Shown piece after piece: positions 8,996-18,781 of a stretch of 64,000 nt of DNA. The stretch spans positions 45,229 through 109,228 of the IMG/VR virus record IMGVR_UViG_3300023210_000015, one strand, 5' to 3'. The translations under genes were made by a program, and so were the position numbers. The notes under the pieces are model-generated. The model searched no databases and was not told the DNA's origin. It saw only the letters and a program-made list of their open reading frames with translations. This DNA comes from a virus. Each line of letters starts with the position of its first letter. Positions within the stretch are counted from its first letter, which is position 1.

Positions 8996-10447
8996 ATGGA
9001 TTCTGCAATTAAAAAATTGGCAAAAATATCTACTCATTTAGATAAAATGGGTCAAGTCAAGGTTGCTGATAAACTTGATAAAATTTCAAGAAACATCTTA
9101 AATATTAAAACTGCTCAATATGTTGGAGTACAAGGATATTGGATGCGTAATCAGCGATGCTGGGGCAACTGCTATAGGCAAAAACGTTCCAACGAGCCGA
9201 ACAAGACAGCTCAAGAAGTCTGGATGTCATGTCATGATGAATATCTTAAATACATTAATGATCCTGAAAGCCTAAACAAAGAACATAGTTGGAATAAATA
9301 TGCTGATGAAGACGTTATTATAAAAACAGCCAGTGAAGAGGTTAAGGCAGCTTTAAAGTCTGAAGATGAGCGTTTCCATAAAGAATTACAAAAAAGAATT
9401 GCTCAAGGGGAAGAAATTCCTGTTGCTGTTTTCTCGTTAATTGATGAAAACCTTGATAAATATTCTTCAGCCATCATGGATGAAGTTGAAGAAATGTTAA
9501 AAGTCGCTAAGGTATTGGATAATCATGGCGGTAAGAAAATTGCAAAAGCTATTACCGATACTGCAAATGAGATCATAGAAGCTCAAGGCGGAATACGAAA
9601 TTGGTTTGGGCGCCAATACCAAAAAGGAAAAGACGCATTAACCTGGAGGGGGGAAAAGGGACAAACAGTTAGGGCTAGGGGCTTAGTCAACCAAACTTTG
9701 AAAATGGTTCAAAAAGCAGTAAAATCTTATACCGGTGGAGATCGTTCTGCTGGTGCAAAACTAAAAAATGATTTATTGAAACTTTTACCACAAATGGTAA
9801 AAATAGTTCACCCATTGCCTAACGGTGCGGATTTCGTTAATGCTGTTAAGGCGGTTGCCCAATCTTCTGGAACTGAAGGTATGAGGGCCGCTTTGAAATC
9901 CATGAGAGAAAAAGCTACTAATTTTACGGCTCAGTTAGCAGGATTAGAAGCTAAAGAGAAAGCAGCACCAAGATCAAAACCTGGGGCACCAGCGTTTCCA
10001 AGAAATAGACCAGCACCGACAGAGGCACCAGCAGGAACAGCGGCACCAGCAGGAACAGCGGCACCAGCAGGAACAGCGGCACCAGCAGGAACAGCGGCAC
10101 CAGCAACAGGAGCAACTACCGTAGATGATCATATCAAGAATCTGATAGCCATACGTACTTATTTCGCAAATATGCCGACAGGACTTGGTGGTTTAGAAAA
10201 ACCGATACAAATGATTATCGAATCATTGAGAGGAAAAAAGAATGCGACACCAGCGAAACCAGTGTCACCAGCGTCACCAGCGTCACCAGTAGCACCAACA
10301 ACAGCACCACCAGTGGCAGGTGTGGGTATACCAACTAAATCAGAACCGAAGCCAGCACCGGCAGAAAAACCATCAGGTGATTCGATGTACAAAAATCTGA
10401 GCAAAGAATTAAAGAATACTCTCAAGAAAATGGGAATAAATATATAA
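8996..10447 (+). CDS. hypothetical, probable internal head protein with APAGTA repeats
   Basis: Multiple KTAQ/KTAS/KVA motifs; Pro/Ala-rich linker. Confidence 0.6.
   Translation: MDSAIKKLAKISTHLDKMGQVKVADKLDKISRNILNIKTAQYVGVQGYWMRNQRCWGNCYRQKRSNEPNKTAQEVWMSCHDEYLKYINDPESLNKEHSWNKYADEDVIIKTASEEVKAALKSEDERFHKELQKRIAQGEEIPVAVFSLIDENLDKYSSAIMDEVEEMLKVAKVLDNHGGKKIAKAITDTANEIIEAQGGIRNWFGRQYQKGKDALTWRGEKGQTVRARGLVNQTLKMVQKAVKSYTGGDRSAGAKLKNDLLKLLPQMVKIVHPLPNGADFVNAVKAVAQSSGTEGMRAALKSMREKATNFTAQLAGLEAKEKAAPRSKPGAPAFPRNRPAPTEAPAGTAAPAGTAAPAGTAAPAGTAAPATGATTVDDHIKNLIAIRTYFANMPTGLGGLEKPIQMIIESLRGKKNATPAKPVSPASPASPVAPTTAPPVAGVGIPTKSEPKPAPAEKPSGDSMYKNLSKELKNTLKKMGINI
10025..10105 (+). repeat. 18-bp tandem repeat GCACCAGCAGGAACAGCG, 4.5 copies (encodes APAGTA)
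   Basis: Four perfect copies plus a 9-nt partial copy, read directly. Confidence 0.92.
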
Positions 10448-10523
10448 GGTACATAAAGGATTTTTAGGAAAAGATAGACAATATAGTAAATTAGTAAAGA
10501 AAAATTACTATAAGGAGTTAGAT

Positions 10524-11192
10524 ATGGACGCAAAGTTCTATACAAACAAGATTAAAGTAGCGCAAGACCCAGATGGATTCCAGAATTTCGTCAAAAAGAT
10601 TCTTCATAAAGACGAAGAGGTTGTAAAGACCGCTTCTGCTGAAGAAGTCAAAACTGCCGAACAGGATGAAGCTGACAGTAGCGGTCAACCAGAAGCTGAA
10701 GCAAAATTAGTTAACACCCCTGAAAAGGAAGGTGGCAAAGGTAAGGGAAGCGCCGCTGGCGGCAAATGCTGCGAAGAAGGCGAAGATAGTGGACAACCTA
10801 AAGCCGAAGCCAAGTTAGTTAACCATCCTAAAGTAGAGTGTGAAGGCGAAGAAGAAGTGAAGACTGCTAAAGCCAAAGATGAGGACGAAGAAGAAGACGA
10901 AGATAAAGAAGAGAAGACCGCCGAAGTCAAAGAAGCTGGCGAATTGCCAGAAGCTTTGAAAAAGCATCAGTTTAAAGCTAAAGGCGATAAAGATGATGAT
11001 GACGACGACGATGACGACGATGATAAAGATGACGATAAGGATGACGACGAGAAGGAAGACAAAGAGGCTAAAAGCGTTATTAAGATCGAAAAAGTAGCTA
11101 AATTGAATTCGCCTACCCGCGAAATGTTGAAAGAATATTGGCTTAACATCTTCCCTCCTGAATATGTAGAAGCAATGCTTGCTGAAAAGTAA
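10524..11192 (+). CDS. highly acidic, probable head core/scaffold-like protein
   Basis: TAAGGAG RBS; about 8 K-x-A motifs; duplicated SGQPxAEAKLVN; poly-Asp tract. Confidence 0.6.
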   Translation: MDAKFYTNKIKVAQDPDGFQNFVKKILHKDEEVVKTASAEEVKTAEQDEADSSGQPEAEAKLVNTPEKEGGKGKGSAAGGKCCEEGEDSGQPKAEAKLVNHPKVECEGEEEVKTAKAKDEDEEEDEDKEEKTAEVKEAGELPEALKKHQFKAKGDKDDDDDDDDDDDKDDDKDDDEKEDKEAKSVIKIEKVAKLNSPTREMLKEYWLNIFPPEYVEAMLAEK

Positions 11193-11235
11193 GAACAAAT
11201 AGTTATACATAGTCAGGTAATTTTGGAGAACAGTT

Positions 11236-11997
11236 ATGCCTATTCTTCCTAGCGGCAAAAAACGAATTATGGAAGCTCAGTCCTCATTGGGGCTTGGGAA
11301 CGAATGGGGCACCCAAGAGTTGGGTGCGCCTAGCGATTATCCTATGCCACAAAAGGAAGTGAAACCAGACTTGGATACGGATTTGGATATAAATCAAGAT
11401 GATGGAGGAGTTGATATTACTAAAAATGTAAAAGATTCTCCCCCTCAAGTTGAAGAGTATATTTTTAAAGTCCTTGAAGGTTGGGGTTATCCTCCTCGCC
11501 GTATCGAAGAGTTTTCTGATGAATTTATTACTGAGGAAATGTTTCCTGGCGGTGCAAAAGAAGTTACTATTACACTGCCTGATCGTCTTTACGGCACTAA
11601 GAAAAGATTGCCTGACGGTGAAATATCGAAAATGGTTAATAAGATTCAAGAGCAGTTCGGCCTTGTGCTGACAAAAGCTTCGAGAGCGAAAAAGAAAGTC
11701 ATTATGGACTTTACTGCTTCTGTAGAAAATGAACAACCTGGAGCCGAAGAAGAGGAAGCCATGATGGGCGATGATCTCGATGAAATTTTTGGTGGCGATC
11801 ATAAAGGACCAGGCGGAAAAAAGGTAAGAGAGAAAGAGAATAAAAGAAAAGCCTCAACAATTCAAGAGATCATGAAGATGGGGCGAAAAGATTTAGTAGA
11901 CAAATTGGTGCAGATTGCTGATGATGCTGGTTTTACAAGTAGATTGAATGATAAACGCCATGCAATGCTAGATTCTTTATTTCAGGAGAATAAATAA
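11236..11997 (+). CDS. hypothetical protein (head cluster)
   Basis: GGAG RBS; MEAQ and RKAS motifs. Confidence 0.6.
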   Translation: MPILPSGKKRIMEAQSSLGLGNEWGTQELGAPSDYPMPQKEVKPDLDTDLDINQDDGGVDITKNVKDSPPQVEEYIFKVLEGWGYPPRRIEEFSDEFITEEMFPGGAKEVTITLPDRLYGTKKRLPDGEISKMVNKIQEQFGLVLTKASRAKKKVIMDFTASVENEQPGAEEEEAMMGDDLDEIFGGDHKGPGGKKVREKENKRKASTIQEIMKMGRKDLVDKLVQIADDAGFTSRLNDKRHAMLDSLFQENK

Positions 11998-12680
11998 TGA
12001 TTCAAAAGAATAAAAATTCCGAATCCATTAACTTCTTATTTAATGCTGTTACTGGTGGCGATCAAGAAGAAAAGATTGCTGAAAACGAAGAGAAACCACC
12101 AGTTAAGATAGAAAAGGCAAAGAAACTAGATAACAATGAAGCTGTTGCTTCTAGATTCAGTAATGCTATTTTGTCTGCTGGTCAAGGGAATATCACCAAT
12201 ATGGGTGGGCCACAGAAACAAATAGGTTCTGAGACGAACAATAGCATTTGGGATTCAGGAATTCTTGAAAAACTTGCGGGGACACCAAGTAATAAAGAAA
12301 AGACTATCGAATCGAAAGAGGAAATAGAAAATTTGCGTAATTCTATGAAATCTGGAAGAATAGACGAAATGGTAGAATCTCTAAAAGAAACAGATCAGCG
12401 CAAAGACGCTACTGTTACTGGAATGTCAGAGTATACCGAAAGAGATACAAGAGATTATAAGCTTCCTTCCAGAAATATTAGCATATTTGATACTAAAGAG
12501 GAAATGGATTTTCGCAGAGTGCCTGAGAAAACGGCTGGCGAACTGTCTATAGAAGAAGCCGGTATCCCAAAAGAAAAAGATGAATCTTGGAAAGATATCA
12601 AAGGCGCCCCTAGACTGAAAAATACATTAGATACATTATTTGACAATTTAACAAAAGAAGATGATCAAAATCAGCAATAA
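11997..12680 (+). CDS. hypothetical protein (head cluster)
   Basis: AGGAG RBS; coupled to neighbours. Confidence 0.6.
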   Translation: MIQKNKNSESINFLFNAVTGGDQEEKIAENEEKPPVKIEKAKKLDNNEAVASRFSNAILSAGQGNITNMGGPQKQIGSETNNSIWDSGILEKLAGTPSNKEKTIESKEEIENLRNSMKSGRIDEMVESLKETDQRKDATVTGMSEYTERDTRDYKLPSRNISIFDTKEEMDFRRVPEKTAGELSIEEAGIPKEKDESWKDIKGAPRLKNTLDTLFDNLTKEDDQNQQ

Positions 12681-13905
12681 CTTAGAGCAGATTGAAATCG
12701 CTAATGCCGCATTACAAGCGATTCAGCCTGAAAATGTACCGCCTGAATTTGAACAAGCAGGCAATGCAGCAGTTGCAATCGATTTTCTGCAAAGACAGGT
12801 AACAGAATTGCAACAAGTAGAAAATACTATTCAGGCCACATTGACTAATGCTAATGCCGTGTTGATAAATAAGCAGAATTTAATGAATCAACAACAGGCT
12901 GGCCAAACTGCTCCGATTGCACCTGTTATGTCGAAATCGAAAAGATTTAATTTAAAGATTGCTCAAATGGCACCGCCTTTGGCCCCGCCGCTTGAACAAC
13001 AAGAATTAAAAACCGACATGAATGTACCGATGGAACCCACAATGTCTGATATGAATTTGAGGACAGCGAATGACTTAAAAAATTGGATTGATAGTTTTGA
13101 GGATCGTTCAGAGGCTGAAAGAGAATTGATAGAGTTGGTACCTGACAATCAAAAAGAAATTGTTGTTGATGCGTTGGAAGAATACTTTGAAAGTGATTTA
13201 ACCGAAGAACAAAGATTGGAAATCGCAGTAAAATTATGGCCGATACTTCCTGATATTATAAAGGAAGATAACCCTGATATACAGGAGAATATTATGGAAT
13301 TTCCTTATGTGAAAGCTGAAGACATAGAGAAATTGGTGAAAGAAACCGATAGCCAAATTAAAAAAATGGCTTCTCAAGATGTCAAAACATCGAAAAAATT
13401 TAATCTACAAAAAACCGCTCAACAAAAGTCTATGGAAAATGTGATCCTTTTTGGCCCACAACAGACATATGTTGACCCGTTCCTAAGACAGCCTGCTTCT
13501 GATTGGAGTCTTATAGAGCGTAATAAAGGCTTTGGTCTTGTTGTAGACGATGTTTGGAATATCGATTGGGAATCTGTTTGGCGCGGTAATATTATGGACA
13601 AATATTCTCGTCCTTATAGGGATAAGGATGGCAAATGGGTTGGTGGCTATATTCAAAAGCGTTTTGAAGTAGATAAATGGATACCTGAAAAGAATAATAT
13701 GCAATTATTGCCTGGTCAGCGGAGAAAACCTCGTTTGCCAGAGCAAGGCGTTATAGAAGGCCGTTTAGAAGCCATGAGAGCGAAGAACGAAAGAGGGTAT
13801 GAACCTAATTCTACTGGCGAACCTTATGACTGGGATAAAAAAGAACAGTTTGCTCCTATTTCAAAAACTGCTAGTTTCAACCTAAAAAAAAAACTGAGCG
13901 CGTAG
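12661..13905 (+). CDS. hypothetical head-cluster protein with three FNLxK motifs; ends at an A10 run
   Basis: RFNLKIAQ, KFNLQKTAQ, KTASFNLKKK. Confidence 0.65.
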   Translation: MIKISNNLEQIEIANAALQAIQPENVPPEFEQAGNAAVAIDFLQRQVTELQQVENTIQATLTNANAVLINKQNLMNQQQAGQTAPIAPVMSKSKRFNLKIAQMAPPLAPPLEQQELKTDMNVPMEPTMSDMNLRTANDLKNWIDSFEDRSEAERELIELVPDNQKEIVVDALEEYFESDLTEEQRLEIAVKLWPILPDIIKEDNPDIQENIMEFPYVKAEDIEKLVKETDSQIKKMASQDVKTSKKFNLQKTAQQKSMENVILFGPQQTYVDPFLRQPASDWSLIERNKGFGLVVDDVWNIDWESVWRGNIMDKYSRPYRDKDGKWVGGYIQKRFEVDKWIPEKNNMQLLPGQRRKPRLPEQGVIEGRLEAMRAKNERGYEPNSTGEPYDWDKKEQFAPISKTASFNLKKKLSA

Positions 13906-14363
13906 CTCAATTAGCGCCTTTACAAGACCCTTTTGCTGACAAATCTCGTAGGCCAAAAGGGTCTGAGTATTTCGAGGGAAAAAAACCAGATGTAAAAGCA
14001 CAATATATGTGTAGTGCTTGTGACGCTCAAAACCCATCTCCTTCTGACGGTGTAATTCCAACTACATGTTCGTGTGGAAAATACCCGTGGTCCGAAGTCG
14101 CCGTTTTAACAACAGGCAAGAACGCACCTGATCAGCCTGGTTCTGGAAATGGTGGTAATAAGGAGATGTTGATTAGACCAATTATGCCGTTAGCTGGCAA
14201 AAAGAAAAAGCATGATATTCCACCAGAATATACTGATTGTGGAGTTGAGGAATGTAAAACTGATGAATTTAAGATGATGAAAAATCCAAAATCCGATAAG
14301 AAAAGGGAAGATTTTTGGAAAGATATTTTGAATAGTTCCGATTTTCTTGCTATCGATGGATAA
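13884..14363 (+). CDS. -1 frame extension of 12661..13905 (Zn-ribbon-like CxxC...CxC); alternatively a separate ORF from 14007
   Basis: The -1 frame is open from the A10 run: KKKTERVAQLAPLQDPF...KAQYMCSACDAQ... Confidence 0.55.
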   Translation, partial: KKKTERVAQLAPLQDPFADKSRRPKGSEYFEGKKPDVKAQYMCSACDAQNPSPSDGVIPTTCSCGKYPWSEVAVLTTGKNAPDQPGSGNGGNKEMLIRPIMPLAGKKKKHDIPPEYTDCGVEECKTDEFKMMKNPKSDKKREDFWKDILNSSDFLAIDG

Positions 14364-14376
14364 AGGAAAATAAAAA

Positions 14377-17300
14377 ATGCCTATAAAATTTTCAATGAAT
14401 GATAGAAAGCCCCAAAACACAGGGCACTCTACGACTTCTCGTGGATATCATTCTGCCGGTTCGCCATCATCTGTTGTGGATAATGGTCGTTATGTTAGCG
14501 GCATGGTTGCTCAAACACCAATCACACAATCTTTTTCTTCCAAAACTGCACAAACGATGTCAAGCGGTGGTGGAAGCGCTGCGAATGTTATGTATGGACA
14601 ACCCATGTTCTTCTCTCCTTTGCATACTCCGCAAAACTGGCAAATCGCCAGTAAAAGACGAGAGATTTATCAGTGGGCTAGATTCTACTACGAAAATGAA
14701 CCAAAGATTTCCGCAGGCATAGATTTCTACTCGCAATTCCCTATGAATGGGTTTACTCTTGAATGCAAAGACAAAAAGATACTCAACTTCTTCAACAGAA
14801 CTTCAAAGAGAGTGAAACTAAATTATTGGGTAAAGGCCATAAGCTTTGAAAACTTCCTGTTGGGTGATGTCTTCCCATTTGTGGAATACGAATGCGAACA
14901 TTGTGGTGGCTCTGGTTACAAATCCAATGGGGAAGTGTGTAATCACCCTGGCGGAACTATTAAATCGATTAAGATATTGAACCCTGATTGGATTACAGTT
15001 CACAGTTCTCCAATGGCTTCTGACCCTGTATATGTACTAGAACCTGATGATGAACTGAAAAGCATTGTCGCTTCTAAAAGACCTGTAGAGATTTATGAAA
15101 AAATGCCACCAGGACTAATTCAAGCAATTTCTTCTGGTCAGCCAATTCGTTTGTCTAATAGATGTATCAGTCATGTAAAGCATCAAGGTAGTACATACGG
15201 AACATATGGTACATCGTTGGTCAGAAGAAACTTCACTTACTTGGCATATAAAACCAAATTGATGACAGCCAACTGGATTGTAGCAGAAAGACTAGTGTTG
15301 CCAGTTAGAGTTGTTAAAATCGGTAGTGAAAATCGTCCAGCCACTCAAGCGGATATCGCAGATGTTTCTAACCAAATCGCAGCAGTTGTAAACGATCCGA
15401 ACCTAACACTTGTAACTCACCACAACTTTGAATACGAGTGGTACGGGGCCTGTTATGATCAAAACACTAAAGTATTGACAAATAAGGGGTTACAAAAATA
15501 TACCGACATCATACACGAAGAAGTAGGCATTGATGGAGAAATAGTTAAAAAAATTAATGACGATGTGGACATTATGGTTTTTGATCCAAAAACTGGTAAA
15601 ATGAGACTGGAAAAACCAATTGAATTTCATGAATATGATTATAATGGATGGATGAATCATATTACAGGTAATAAAGTAGATATGTGTGTTACACCAAATC
15701 ATACCATGTTAGGTTATAAACGTGATAAAAAAACCGCTTATTCTATGGAAGCAAAAGATTTTTATAAACTTAATGAATGTGATAGGTATGTAAGATGCTG
15801 TGGAGATTTTGCGACAGATACTAAAAAAACAATTAAAATAGGTGATTACGAATTCGATACTGATAATTTTTTGAAATTTTTAGGATATTTTCTTTCTGAG
15901 GGGTATACGACCTACAATACAGAAAAATTTCAATATGTTTTATCTGTTTCGCAGAGCAATATCAAAAATGCTAATATTTGTAAAGAAATTGATGACTGTT
16001 TTAATGGTTTGAATATGTCATTCAAAAAATATGATAATAAAAAAGGCATGTATGCATGGAACATTATGTCAAAAGATTTTGTTAAGGAAATGAAAAAATA
16101 TTTTGGTAAAAATGCTTATACGAAAAAAATTCCAGACTTTATTAAGAATTTACCACCACGACAACTAAAAATATTAATTGATGCTTTTTGCAAAGGAGAT
16201 GCCACTTATTACAACTATAAACACGGTACGACTGGCGTTCAAATAGGAACGGTAAGTGAACAATTGTCGGTTGATTTACTTGAGATATTGTTTAAAGCCG
16301 GTTTCAGCCCGATATTAAGCAATTATAAAAAGAAAAATCCTTCAGGTAGCATTTCTCATATGATATACTGTAATTTGTCTGAAGAAAGCAAGGGTAGATT
16401 TCCAAGAATTAAAGATAAACATTGTCAAACAGAATATTATGATGGAAAAGTGTGGTGTTTTGAAACATCAACTGGTTTTTTTGTCACAGAAAGAAATGGA
16501 AAATTTGCCATTCAAGGTAATACTGGCAAGATTCATCAAATTACTAATGAGTTAGAACAAATTGGTAAAGAAATATTAGATGGCTTCATGCTGAACCAAG
16601 CTATCTTAAACGGTGAAATGGGAGGTTACAGTAGTGCCCAAGTCGGTATCGAAGTAATGATACATCGCCTAGAAAGCTGGCGTAACAGTTTATCTGAGTG
16701 GGTTGAAAATAACATCTTCTTACCTATTGCTATGATGCAAGGATTTAAGGATGTTGACGAAAGCAAAGAAGCTGGCGAAACAGTATGGTTATATCCTAAA
16801 CTGAAATGGAATGATCTCAATTTGAGAGATCGTACCAGCTATAGACAGGTTCTTATTCAATTGCATGACAAAGGATTGATTTCTACTCAAACCTTACTTG
16901 AAGAATTTGATATTGATTATGATCAGGAAATTCAGAGAAGGAGAGAGGAAACTGCATTGGCTACAGAAAGTGGTCAGTTCTTAGGCCAGCCTCCTGCCGC
17001 TGGCGGTATGGGCGGTATGCCACCTATGGGCGGCGATTTAGGCGGCGGTATGCCACCTATGGGCGGCGATCTAGGTGGCGGTATGCCTCCTGCGGGCGGT
17101 GAAATGGGCGGAATGCCAGGCGGTGAAATGGGCGGAATGCCAGTGGCACCAGCCGGTGGGGCTGTAGCTGCCGCTGCTCAACCAGTTTCTCCACCACCTA
17201 ATTTTATGGTGCAAAAACGAGGTAAAGGACAATCTGCTCAAGAGCAAATGCAACCTGTACAGCCGAATATCAAACCAATGCCATTGACTACGTTAGAACA

Positions 17301-17772
17301 GTCGATGTTGAAGGCTCTACGCAATATGTCTGATAAGATTCCATATCAATTGTTTGGTCAATATAAGGTAGCTATGCCGAATCAGCCGCAACCTTTCGTG
17401 ATTGATTTCGCCTATCCAGATGTTGGGGTTGGCGTTGAGACTGATGGAGAAATTTGGCATGAACAGGCAACGTCCAGAGCTAGAGATCAGCAAAGAGATC
17501 AAAAACTTGCCAATGTTGGATGGCGTATATTGAGATTCAATGAAACTGCGGTTAATGACCATATAATTGATGTCTCTAAAATTATTTATAATAATGTGAT
17601 GCAGGCAACAAAAGAAAGAAATGCCAGAAATAAAAAAGCTGGTAAAGATGAAAAGTTGATTAAAGAAGCCCAACAGCTATTAACATTTGAAAACATAAAA
17701 GAGGAAGATTTGAAATTTCAAAGAATAGACATGGAGAATAATCTAGGTTATATAGTTTTGGTTGGGGTATAA
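14377..17772 (+). CDS. portal protein with an intein, a Gly/Met/Pro linker and a C-terminal DUF559/Vsr-like nuclease domain
   Basis: Position upstream of protease and MCP; portal-like core (FYYENEP.I...IDFYSQFP, KILNPDWI, HVKH..S.YG.YGTS); C-terminal IDFAYP...VETDG..WH......RD..RD..L...GW.ILRF. Confidence 0.85.
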   Translation: MPIKFSMNDRKPQNTGHSTTSRGYHSAGSPSSVVDNGRYVSGMVAQTPITQSFSSKTAQTMSSGGGSAANVMYGQPMFFSPLHTPQNWQIASKRREIYQWARFYYENEPKISAGIDFYSQFPMNGFTLECKDKKILNFFNRTSKRVKLNYWVKAISFENFLLGDVFPFVEYECEHCGGSGYKSNGEVCNHPGGTIKSIKILNPDWITVHSSPMASDPVYVLEPDDELKSIVASKRPVEIYEKMPPGLIQAISSGQPIRLSNRCISHVKHQGSTYGTYGTSLVRRNFTYLAYKTKLMTANWIVAERLVLPVRVVKIGSENRPATQADIADVSNQIAAVVNDPNLTLVTHHNFEYEWYGACYDQNTKVLTNKGLQKYTDIIHEEVGIDGEIVKKINDDVDIMVFDPKTGKMRLEKPIEFHEYDYNGWMNHITGNKVDMCVTPNHTMLGYKRDKKTAYSMEAKDFYKLNECDRYVRCCGDFATDTKKTIKIGDYEFDTDNFLKFLGYFLSEGYTTYNTEKFQYVLSVSQSNIKNANICKEIDDCFNGLNMSFKKYDNKKGMYAWNIMSKDFVKEMKKYFGKNAYTKKIPDFIKNLPPRQLKILIDAFCKGDATYYNYKHGTTGVQIGTVSEQLSVDLLEILFKAGFSPILSNYKKKNPSGSISHMIYCNLSEESKGRFPRIKDKHCQTEYYDGKVWCFETSTGFFVTERNGKFAIQGNTGKIHQITNELEQIGKEILDGFMLNQAILNGEMGGYSSAQVGIEVMIHRLESWRNSLSEWVENNIFLPIAMMQGFKDVDESKEAGETVWLYPKLKWNDLNLRDRTSYRQVLIQLHDKGLISTQTLLEEFDIDYDQEIQRRREETALATESGQFLGQPPAAGGMGGMPPMGGDLGGGMPPMGGDLGGGMPPAGGEMGGMPGGEMGGMPVAPAGGAVAAAAQPVSPPPNFMVQKRGKGQSAQEQMQPVQPNIKPMPLTTLEQSMLKALRNMSDKIPYQLFGQYKVAMPNQPQPFVIDFAYPDVGVGVETDGEIWHEQATSRARDQQRDQKLANVGWRILRFNETAVNDHIIDVSKIIYNNVMQATKERNARNKKAGKDEKLIKEAQQLLTFENIKEEDLKFQRIDMENNLGYIVLVGV
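15451..16521 (+). mobile_element. intein with LAGLIDADG endonuclease in the portal (357 aa)
   Basis: GA|CYDQNTKVLT; block B VTPNHTM; FLGYFLSEG and LIDAFCKGDA; ends VWCFET...FAIQGN|T. Confidence 0.9.
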
Positions 17773-17773
17773 T

Positions 17774-18199
17774 ATGTCTTTCAATTTAACAAAACAGGCT
17801 GGTGGTCCAAAGCGGATCAGAGATCGCGGTATTCGATGGCACGAAGCATATCACGAAAAGTCTAAAGGTGTGAAGAAAAAATTTAACAAAGAACTTGGTG
17901 AAGGTTCTTATTATCGCTGGGAAGGTCACGACTATACTACATTTAGTGATTATTTTGTAGTTGTTGGACCAGCCAAACAAAGATATGGTCAAAAATCATA
18001 TTTCGCTGGTATTAAAAAATTACCGCCACGAGGAAGTCGTAAAAAAGTTTATGCACCATCTGGTGAGTATTTTTCTACAATTCTTTCTGCTCTAAGTCAT
18101 GCTAGTAAAATGTGGGGTCTTCCTTTTCCTAAAAATCAGCACAATTATACTGCCGATGATTTGGAAAACATTTATATCCCACGACACGTTAAAGGATAA
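17774..18199 (+). CDS. basic hypothetical protein (MSFNLTKQAG...)
   Basis: ATG 17774 just after the portal stop; FNLxKxA motif. Confidence 0.6.
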   Translation: MSFNLTKQAGGPKRIRDRGIRWHEAYHEKSKGVKKKFNKELGEGSYYRWEGHDYTTFSDYFVVVGPAKQRYGQKSYFAGIKKLPPRGSRKKVYAPSGEYFSTILSALSHASKMWGLPFPKNQHNYTADDLENIYIPRHVKG

Positions 18200-18410
18200 A
18201 AAATCCCGCAAACAAAAAGAGGATTTTTCTATCATCTTGTGTAATATGGAATTAAGCGAGACGCCCGAATTGTAATTATGCACTAGAACGAAAAGGGAAC
18301 AAATAGTCCTTAAAGTTTGATTAAATAGCAGATTTAAGCCCTTTTAAGAAATCGCAGTCAAGATGAACAGTAAACACGAAACTATTTTTTACACTGCGAA
18401 AGGGTAAAAT

Positions 18411-18770
18411 ATGATAGGGGCAACTAAAAAAACAGAGCCTAAAAATAAAAAGGGAGTCAAAGGAACTAGTGGTAATGGAGATTCCTTTAGACTTTCCGGC
18501 GGCGGTATGAAATTTGTTACATTAGTCATTGTGTGTATTTTAGCTATTGGAAGTACAGTTTATAATATCGCTAGTGCTTATGGCCAAATCGATACAATAA
18601 AAAATCATCAAGAAATACATTGTAAAAAATTTGATGATGTCGATAAACATGTAGAAAGAAATGAAAACAAAATAGATCGTATGGCTGAAAAACAAGCAGA
18701 GATGGCTGGCGACGTAAAAGTTATTAGAACTTTATTAGAACAAGCCACGAAACCAACACCTAATAAATAA
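18411..18770 (+). CDS. single-pass membrane protein with coiled coil (holin/XhlA-like architecture)
   Basis: Hydrophobic FVTLVIVCILAIGSTVYNIA followed by a heptad region. Confidence 0.5.
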   Translation: MIGATKKTEPKNKKGVKGTSGNGDSFRLSGGGMKFVTLVIVCILAIGSTVYNIASAYGQIDTIKNHQEIHCKKFDDVDKHVERNENKIDRMAEKQAEMAGDVKVIRTLLEQATKPTPNK

Positions 18771-18781
18771 GGAAATTATTC

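Noticed and set aside
10025-10105. CRISPR-like array
   Set aside because: Direct tandem in-frame repeats without spacers; they encode a linker. No repeat-spacer array was seen in the window.
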